Origin: Spirochaetia bacterium
GTDB lineage: Bacteria > Spirochaetota > Spirochaetia > DSM-2461
DNA: 64,000 nucleotides
Direction: 5' to 3'
Assembly: GCA_963668315.1 (NCBI GenBank)
Contig: OY764216.1
Coordinates: 3,040,001 to 3,104,000, forward strand
Below the pieces are notes generated by a model. It searched no databases and had not been told where the DNA came from. It saw only the letters and a list, made by a program, of their open reading frames with translations. This document shows positions 1 to 7,099 of the stretch, in pieces. The translations under genes were made by a program, and so were the position numbers. The number at the start of each line of letters is the position of its first letter. Within the stretch, counting starts at the first letter, position 1.

Positions 1-190
1 TAGCGTACTTTCTGGCTCCTGAGGAAACCTGCAGGATAACCGGTGACTTGGTTTCAACACAAGCCTGCAGAATAGCCTGCATCTGCTCCATGTTGTTAAA
101 GTTGTAAGCGGGAATGGCGTATTTGCCTTCGATGGCTTTGGCAAAAATTTCTTTGCTGTTAACCAGTCCCAGATCTTTGTAATTAGTCAT
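1..190 (-). CDS. fba: Class II fructose-bisphosphate aldolase, N-terminal part (runs off window start)
   Basis: Manual translation MTNYKDLGLVNSKEIFAKAIEGKYAIPAYNFNNMEQMQAILQACVETKSPVILQVSSGARKY matches the class II FBA N-terminus. A GGAG RBS lies upstream. Confidence 0.92.
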   Translation of the reverse strand, partial: MTNYKDLGLVNSKEIFAKAIEGKYAIPAYNFNNMEQMQAILQACVETKSPVILQVSSGARKYA

Positions 191-251
191 TTATATCTCC
201 TTCAAGCCGATGGATCATCGACCATATGTTTAACGGAAAATCGTTTCTATA

Positions 252-280
252 AATATAATAAACCCATAGAACTTGGTCAA
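252..280 (-). promoter_or_regulatory. Putative sigma70 promoter of fba
   Basis: Minus strand TTGACC-17 nt-TATATT. Confidence 0.55.
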
Positions 281-332
281 TAATGGGTGAAGACATTGGA
301 ATATAAAATTACCGAATTAGGGGCTATCTCAC

Positions 333-1496
333 TTATATTACGGGGTCGGGTACTTCATAGGTCCGCTGAAGGGGGGAGTAGAGGGAGCACCTGTCCATGA
401 CATCGTCGAATTCCTTGACAAGAATATTGATGAAGTAAACCGTGTTATCCACCATATTGACCTGGAAATAGTAGGGTAGCTGCCCATAGGAAAAGGAGAG
501 AGAACCGGAATAGGGAAACCATTCCTGTCCGCCCACGGGAATGTAATTATAGGAGTAATACATGACATTAACATCGGAGACGTCATTAAGAGCCACCGTG
601 GAATAGACAATCTTGTAGCGCAGATCCGATGAAGCGGCCCGGCTGTCCGAGGCCTCTGAAAAACTCAGGTTCAGTACAAAATCCTGGGCTACCGCGGGAA
701 TCCAGTCGGATCCCGTATCATCAACTGTTATGTCAGAGATTGCGGGAGCCGTGTAGTCGCAGAGAAAAGTATAAGGGGCGGAAGGCTGATTATAATATCC
801 GGACGTTCCGGCTTCGCAGCTTCCTCCGTTGAGAGATAAGAAGTATTCCCCTTCAGACAGTGATCCGCTGGGATCGATGGAGAAAATCCTGTCTTCCATA
901 CTTGGATATGTTATGGCGGCAAGTGGATAATTCGACGTGAAATCTTCGACAGTCAGTGTGGAATTGCTGATGAAATCGTTAAACTCCAGGGTTATGTAGG
1001 GAGTTGCAGTCTTGAAAATACGATAGGGTGATGTATTGATAGTATAGTCGGGAGAACCGTAAAAATGAGAGGTCAGCCCTCTGTTGAGATTGATCTCATA
1101 GGTCAGATCATAATAGGTATCTTCCGTTCCGGTATATCCGACAAAATCTTTGGTCAGAGTCATATTCTGAGAGGACTGCCAGTAGCGGTTGCTCAGGGTT
1201 ATATAATTGTAAAATGAAGTGCCCAGTCCCCGGTTGCTTACGGCGAAGGAGGCCGTATGGGGAGCGGTAAAATCCAGAGAGGGGGGGACGGTAAAGCTTA
1301 TTTTCTTATTGTCCCTGTCTATATTGCCGTAGGAATCTAAATAGAAAGCCGTATTATTGTAGCTCTCGAAGACAAAACTTTCGAAATCGAATACATATCC
1401 TGCTTCTTCCACCGGATCGTACCGGTTGAAAAAATCATCACAGGAAGCAAGAGCGACTAATAAGAATAATGAGGAAAACTTTTTAATTCTGTTCAT
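333..1496 (-). CDS. Hypothetical lipoprotein, Tyr/Ser/Thr-rich, probable Ig-like beta domains
   Basis: 387 aa ORF with lipobox-like LVALASC after a hydrophobic stretch. Composition is beta-rich, and the DYTAPAI linker is typical of Ig-like domain boundaries. Confidence 0.7.
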   Translation of the reverse strand: MNRIKKFSSLFLLVALASCDDFFNRYDPVEEAGYVFDFESFVFESYNNTAFYLDSYGNIDRDNKKISFTVPPSLDFTAPHTASFAVSNRGLGTSFYNYITLSNRYWQSSQNMTLTKDFVGYTGTEDTYYDLTYEINLNRGLTSHFYGSPDYTINTSPYRIFKTATPYITLEFNDFISNSTLTVEDFTSNYPLAAITYPSMEDRIFSIDPSGSLSEGEYFLSLNGGSCEAGTSGYYNQPSAPYTFLCDYTAPAISDITVDDTGSDWIPAVAQDFVLNLSFSEASDSRAASSDLRYKIVYSTVALNDVSDVNVMYYSYNYIPVGGQEWFPYSGSLSFSYGQLPYYFQVNMVDNTVYFINILVKEFDDVMDRCSLYSPLQRTYEVPDPVI

Positions 1497-1587
1497 AATT
1501 ACCCCATATTATTACATTATTTCTTCATTAATATTATACATACAGCCCTTGAAAATACAAATAGAAAAAACAAAATGTCAAAAAAAA

Positions 1588-2961
1588 CTAAAACCGATAC
1601 CCCAGGCGCAGTGATATCTGAGTAATATCCACCTGTCCGTCCTGTATGATCCAAGTATCGTTTCTCTGACTCACTTCCACGAGGAGTCTATCATAATTAA
1701 TGACAAGCCCTCCGCCCCAGGTGAGGAGGGTTCCGGCCGTGGATATCCGCTCTCCCTCCACATGCATACCCATCCAGCGGGACCCCATCTGTGCTTCGGC
1801 AAAAAGATTGACGGGAAAGGGAAACCTGGTCCTTCCGTAGAGGCCCATAGTAACGGTTGTAAAGAAGTCCCCCCTGTCGTTGGGGGCAAGGAAAGCAACG
1901 CGGCCGGTCCAGCCGAGGAAGTTAATAAGGGGGAGATCCTTGTTGATATCGGCCCGTAGAACCGCTTCTATCTCATTAAAAGGGGTTAGTATACCGGCTC
2001 CTTCGGCGAAAGTAAAATTGGTAACCGACTGGTCGAAAACGGCATCCGCAAGGGGAAGGCCGATGAGAAGGTCGGTTCCCCAACGCAAATTTTCGTAATA
2101 GTCTTCATCCCTGATCTTCTGCGGATCCACAATGGTAAATGCACCGGTCAGAACCATCTCTTCCAGGGGCGGATTGATCAGAACCAGGTCGTAGGATCCC
2201 GCCTTAAGCCCGACAAGATTGAACCAGAGAATTATCTCATCCTCGCTGATATATTCGCTGATTGGAAGACGGTGACGCTGACCGTCCCTTTCAAGAAAGG
2301 CTACGATATCTTTGTCAAAATTGGAGCCCTTGAGAATCACCCGGGGATTCTGGGTGTCAAGCAAAGCGGTGCGGGGTTCCAGCTCCGTCACTCGGGGGGA
2401 TACTTTTTCCTTAAGGGTAATGCAGCGTTCTTTCACCGTTTCGCTGCCCGAAGGATTTATAATACGCAGATCGTACTGACCAGCGGCTAGATGTTCCGTT
2501 TCCAGAACAATTTCTATTGTATTATTCCCCTTTTTCTCATAGGCAAGATTTTCCGCCTTACCGTCCCTTTCCAGTCGGATGAGGGCGCCTTCCATTATAT
2601 CAGAGGTATGAACCGTCACTCTTTGAGAGCGCTCGCCCGCAAAGATGGTATGGGGAGGGACGTCGATGATGACCGGCTCCAGATCTTTTAATACGGTCAG
2701 GGTAATCCAGTCTGTCACGGCATCGGTTTTTTCGAATTTGTTCAGAAAGCTGATCCGGTATTCATATTCTCCCGGGGAGAGGTCCAGATAGATAAGGGGA
2801 TCGCTTATTCTTCTTTCAAAGAGGAGCCGGTTATCCTTTTTCAGTTCCAGAAGGAAGGTATGGCCCGGCAGGTCTTCCCACTCCAGCTTGATCCCCTCCT
2901 GTCCCGGGAGAGGGAAAATGAACAGAAGGAATATAAAAGGAAAGATGATCTTTCTTGCCAT
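1588..2961 (-). CDS. Putative outer-membrane protein: Fn3-like + 2 IPT/TIG-like domains + C-terminal beta-barrel
   Basis: Signal peptide; LEW...LSPGEYEYRISFLNKFEK Fn3-like domain; two IPT-like repeats (GQYDLRIINPSG, GSYDLVLINPP). The amphipathic C-terminus ends LRLGYRF (beta-signal-like). Confidence 0.7.
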   Translation of the reverse strand: MARKIIFPFIFLLFIFPLPGQEGIKLEWEDLPGHTFLLELKKDNRLLFERRISDPLIYLDLSPGEYEYRISFLNKFEKTDAVTDWITLTVLKDLEPVIIDVPPHTIFAGERSQRVTVHTSDIMEGALIRLERDGKAENLAYEKKGNNTIEIVLETEHLAAGQYDLRIINPSGSETVKERCITLKEKVSPRVTELEPRTALLDTQNPRVILKGSNFDKDIVAFLERDGQRHRLPISEYISEDEIILWFNLVGLKAGSYDLVLINPPLEEMVLTGAFTIVDPQKIRDEDYYENLRWGTDLLIGLPLADAVFDQSVTNFTFAEGAGILTPFNEIEAVLRADINKDLPLINFLGWTGRVAFLAPNDRGDFFTTVTMGLYGRTRFPFPVNLFAEAQMGSRWMGMHVEGERISTAGTLLTWGGGLVINYDRLLVEVSQRNDTWIIQDGQVDITQISLRLGYRF

Positions 2962-4374
2962 CTATCCGTTCCATCCTAAGAGAAGATAGGGGGAAAAGGC
3001 GGTCATGGAGTGGGACTTGAAATGTGTCCAGTCTATGGAATAGCCCAGCTCATAGGTCATTTTTTTTCTGGTATATTGCAGCGCCGCTTCAATCCTGTTG
3101 GTAAAATCCAGAGAATTGACAACACGCCCCTTATTGAAAAAATAGAGGGAATAGGCCGATCCGAAACCGAGGGAGAGGAAGAGATTCACCGGGGTGCCCC
3201 AGTCGGAGAGATAAAAGAAGCTTCCGTCAAGGACTACTTGTGTCAGGGTAAGATAATCGGCAATGGCATCGCTGTACTGGGTATAATGGATCCCCGCGGC
3301 ATAACCCGATTGTCTAAGTAGGGGGAGAGTGTATATTCCGGAATTCTGGAATTTTCGTCTGCCATTCAGGGTGAACCCGAGAAACGAAGTCTTGAACAAT
3401 CGGTCGCTGTCCTTGTCCATGGGGGCGGACAGATGGTAGGCAAATCCGAAAAAGAGGGGAGAGGTTTCTCTTTTCATGCGGATCTGTTCCTCCTGGCTGA
3501 TGATTTTCTCTTCCAGGGCGAGATCTATTTCATTGGAAACCACACCGCCCTCGTTTTCAACGGAAATCCTGTATGTTCCCAGCGCCAGCTCCGACGGATC
3601 GAGGTAGAATGTTATTTCCTCCCCGTAAAAGGTCTCCATATTCTCATATCCGGCAGGGGAGGGCCCGTCTATGACAAGGCGGGCCCGGGAGGAGAAGTTT
3701 TCTCCCTTGATGAGAAATTTCCCGGGGCTGTCTCCCCTGTGGATGACGGAAGGAGAGATCGATTCTATGACAGGAAGACGGCGCTCCGTTATTTTTACGG
3801 CCCTTTCCTTGGCATATTCCTTATTGGAAGGATTGATAACAATCAGATCCCAGAGACCGATTTCATGAAGCATCTCTCCCTGAAAAACAACTTCAAGCTC
3901 CAGCCCTTCGCCAGAGGGGGCGCGGGATTCTTCATAGCCTCTTATTCTATCCTGACCTTTTACAAGGTAGAAACGGCACATTTCATCGAAATTTCTGCCC
4001 CTTATTTCCAGGGTGATGCTCTCTTCATCACTGTAGAAAAGATAAGGCGAGGACCCGTCTATGATGGGCTGGGGGTTGGGATAGACTTGGAGCGGGCTCC
4101 AGTCGCTGCGGGATGCCATTTTTTCGAATTTATTAAATACGGATATCCTGATGTTGTAGGTACCGGGATTCAGAAACAGAGGGAGGGAAGGTTCTTCCGT
4201 TCTGATGGAGTAGAGTATGACGCCACCCGCCTCTATCTCCACCAGATAATAACGGGCCCCCTCAACAGGGGCCCACTCCAGTAATTTCTCTTCCGCGGGA
4301 AACTCGGTGCTTTGCGCCGTAAGAACGAGGGAGGAGAAAAGGAAAAGCAGACAGACCGGTACTTTAGTCTGCAT
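2962..4374 (-). CDS. Putative outer-membrane protein, paralog of 1588..2961
   Basis: Signal peptide; LEW...LNPGTYNIRISVFNKFEK; IPT-like repeats (IRGRNF..GLWDLIVINPS, IKGENF..GTYRISVENEG); aromatic-rich beta-strand C-terminal region. Confidence 0.7.
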   Translation of the reverse strand: MQTKVPVCLLFLFSSLVLTAQSTEFPAEEKLLEWAPVEGARYYLVEIEAGGVILYSIRTEEPSLPLFLNPGTYNIRISVFNKFEKMASRSDWSPLQVYPNPQPIIDGSSPYLFYSDEESITLEIRGRNFDEMCRFYLVKGQDRIRGYEESRAPSGEGLELEVVFQGEMLHEIGLWDLIVINPSNKEYAKERAVKITERRLPVIESISPSVIHRGDSPGKFLIKGENFSSRARLVIDGPSPAGYENMETFYGEEITFYLDPSELALGTYRISVENEGGVVSNEIDLALEEKIISQEEQIRMKRETSPLFFGFAYHLSAPMDKDSDRLFKTSFLGFTLNGRRKFQNSGIYTLPLLRQSGYAAGIHYTQYSDAIADYLTLTQVVLDGSFFYLSDWGTPVNLFLSLGFGSAYSLYFFNKGRVVNSLDFTNRIEAALQYTRKKMTYELGYSIDWTHFKSHSMTAFSPYLLLGWNG

Positions 4375-7099
4375 ACTGTATTACCGGCGAAAGGATCACC
4401 GGAGCCTCTTCGATGGTATCCAGAGTGATGGAGAAAACGGTCCTTGTTTCGGGAGATGTCCGTACTATCCCGATATTTCCATAATCAATGACCGCTTTAA
4501 CGGTAAAGACGAACTGGCCCACGTCCAGTTTGGAAAGGTCCCTGAATACGAATTCTGTGCCGCGGTAATTATCCTGGAAAAAGATCCGGTTTCCCGACTG
4601 GTCATATAAAGAAAGGGTATATGTTGCTCCCTCTTCAACCTGTCCCCACCGGAATGTAAGGTCATCCTGATCGGACATATCGATTATCCCGTCCTCCGTG
4701 GGAGAGACCATCCTTACCGCATTCAGCGATGTAACCGGTTCAATGGTCATTTCCGACCTGCCCGCAGGGGACGTACGCCCGCGGCTGTCGATTCCGTTTA
4801 CTTCGATGACATAATCGTCCGGATAGAGATCGTCTATACGGTAGTAATTCTGCTTCGTTTCCCTCCTCATAAGCAGTGTCCCCGAATCCTTCTGTCTCAG
4901 GGTAAGGGAATAGTCGGGAAATCTGTAGGAGGAATCCCACCGGATCAACAGACCGTCCTGAAGAATTTCCAGCCGGTTTGCCGAGAACTGATCGGAAGGC
5001 GACGTGATCACTGGCGCCTGGTAATTGATGATCGAACCAATGGAAAAGGTGGACCGGGAAACAGCACTTGCCGCGGGAAACCCCTTTCCCTCGTCCTCCC
5101 TCAGGGATCTCAGCTCCATCCTGTAGTCTCCCTCCGATAGGAGGGACACATCAATGTCGTAGGATAGAATATCCGTGCCGGGGAGTGTAACCAGAGGGAC
5201 CGTTTCACCCTCTTTGAAAAGGGCTCCCTCATAGGCGATACTGTTAGCAATGTCACTCCATGATAATGTCAATTTTTCTTCTCCGATCACTTCAATAGTA
5301 CTGTCCGGACGGGGATATGTCAAATCGGGAGGCAGTAAGGGCTTTCTTACAGAGAAGGCTCTCCGTGTTCCCCCGAGAGCCACGCGGTCCTCTTCATCCA
5401 TGATATCGACCTGCCAGAGAAAATCGCCCTCTTCCCCGATATATTGGGTATTCTGAGGATGATCAAGGCGGCTGTTGGCAATAATTCTCTCGTTTCCATC
5501 GGTGATTTTCCAGAGTCTGAAACGGAAGTTCCCCCTCTCTGAAGAGTCCCATATAAAGGATATGTCCTCAGGGGAGAGGGTGATCGCTTCATCCGCTTCG
5601 GGGCTCAGAAGCTCAATGGTTTTGACCTTTTCCCTGTTTTGGAAGGTTCGTATTTCAGAGGAGTCAACCGGAACCGATCCATCGGTTAAGGGGATAATCC
5701 GCCAGTAATACGTTCCTTCCTCCAGCCCGCCTGCTGCGTCGTAATAATTCCTTGACGTATTTTCCCTGCGCAGAACCCCTTCCATGGAGGAATCAGCCGA
5801 GAGGATAAACTGATAAAGGGGAATCTCCGGGTCCCCTTTCCAGCTGAACCTGACACCCCTGGAAAAATCTTCGGGCGAAAGGGACGCCTCATTCTCGGGA
5901 GAAATCAGTTCGGGAGGCTGAAGCTCTTCCTGCCTGATGACCATAAGGATCCTGTCCTCCGTCGGGGAGGTTCTTCCGATGTTTTCAATTCCGTTGTACT
6001 GGGCCGTGACACGCCACCAGTAGGCACCTTCTGTCAGATCGTCGATTTTCATCTGGTTATACCGGGTTCTCCGGGATATGACAGGATTGGTCATATCCGA
6101 CATCAATCCCATTTCCAGTTCCCAGTATTCGGCATTTTCCGCTCCCTGCCATGAGAAGGTGGGGGAAGGAACCTGATCCCGGTAGGTTAATTCCGTTTCA
6201 TTCAGAGGAAGGAGTGCTTTCAGAGGAAGATTCTCCATAATTCTGATTTTACCGGTCGAGCTGAACCTGCTGTCCTCTTCTGTTCCGACACGCCAGAAGT
6301 AATCGCCCGGAAGAAGGTCGAGATTATACTCCTGTTCCTCAAGATCATCGGCCTGAAAAACGATCCTTTCAAAATCCGTGTCCAGTGCTATCCAGAGGGA
6401 TCGTGTTTCCGCCGGCTGAGGCTCAATCCAGGCGAAGCGCATCTTCTGGGTTTCTCCGAAAGTCACCCAGCTGCTGTTGTTGGGCGGAGTGGAGAGGATG
6501 AAGCTCATCCTGTCCACGCTGGTTTCCCCTTCCGGCGTCAGGCGGAACTGTTCGTTGGCCTCAATTTTCTCCTCACCCCGTGACACGTCGCCGGCGAGCA
6601 CTGACATATTGAAGATGCCCTTATCATCGGTTGAGAGGGTTATTTCCGAAGCGTTACCCAGTATGATGGGCTGGGGATTCTCCTCACGGAGATTAATAAG
6701 CCTAAGGGGTTCGCTTCTCTCCTCCGTCGAAAGGGCGCTGATGGTTCCGTCGAAATAAATGGTATTGTCCATGAGACTCAGAACAATGCGGGAGCTGTTC
6801 TCCAGCGAAATCTCCGTACCGTCAATAAGATTCATCATGATCGAGGAAAAGGCGTCGGAACTGATGGTATCCCCGTCAAAAAGATCATCCTGGTTATTGA
6901 GATTGTAGGTGTAATCGTCTCCGGAAATCTGTCTTTTGGGATAATAGGACAGATCGGAAACCGTGCCAATCGGTTCTCCGGCCCCCCGAATTTTCGATGA
7001 GATAATTTCCAGATACCGGGTTCCGGCGAAATAGAATACCGAGAGAAGGAGGGCGAGGGCAAGAAGATCTTTGAAAAGGGTTTTAATCCATAATCTCAT
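4364..7099 (-). CDS. Membrane-anchored FecR-like domain protein with seven Fn3/Ig-like repeats
   Basis: N-terminal TM helix and a FecR-like segment (LFDGDTISSDAFSSIMMNLIDGTEISLENSSRIVL). Seven repeats of L-x-x-P...F-x-W, most followed by G-x-Y-x-W-x-V or a variant. Confidence 0.75.
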   Translation of the reverse strand: MRLWIKTLFKDLLALALLLSVFYFAGTRYLEIISSKIRGAGEPIGTVSDLSYYPKRQISGDDYTYNLNNQDDLFDGDTISSDAFSSIMMNLIDGTEISLENSSRIVLSLMDNTIYFDGTISALSTEERSEPLRLINLREENPQPIILGNASEITLSTDDKGIFNMSVLAGDVSRGEEKIEANEQFRLTPEGETSVDRMSFILSTPPNNSSWVTFGETQKMRFAWIEPQPAETRSLWIALDTDFERIVFQADDLEEQEYNLDLLPGDYFWRVGTEEDSRFSSTGKIRIMENLPLKALLPLNETELTYRDQVPSPTFSWQGAENAEYWELEMGLMSDMTNPVISRRTRYNQMKIDDLTEGAYWWRVTAQYNGIENIGRTSPTEDRILMVIRQEELQPPELISPENEASLSPEDFSRGVRFSWKGDPEIPLYQFILSADSSMEGVLRRENTSRNYYDAAGGLEEGTYYWRIIPLTDGSVPVDSSEIRTFQNREKVKTIELLSPEADEAITLSPEDISFIWDSSERGNFRFRLWKITDGNERIIANSRLDHPQNTQYIGEEGDFLWQVDIMDEEDRVALGGTRRAFSVRKPLLPPDLTYPRPDSTIEVIGEEKLTLSWSDIANSIAYEGALFKEGETVPLVTLPGTDILSYDIDVSLLSEGDYRMELRSLREDEGKGFPAASAVSRSTFSIGSIINYQAPVITSPSDQFSANRLEILQDGLLIRWDSSYRFPDYSLTLRQKDSGTLLMRRETKQNYYRIDDLYPDDYVIEVNGIDSRGRTSPAGRSEMTIEPVTSLNAVRMVSPTEDGIIDMSDQDDLTFRWGQVEEGATYTLSLYDQSGNRIFFQDNYRGTEFVFRDLSKLDVGQFVFTVKAVIDYGNIGIVRTSPETRTVFSITLDTIEEAPVILSPVIQYAD

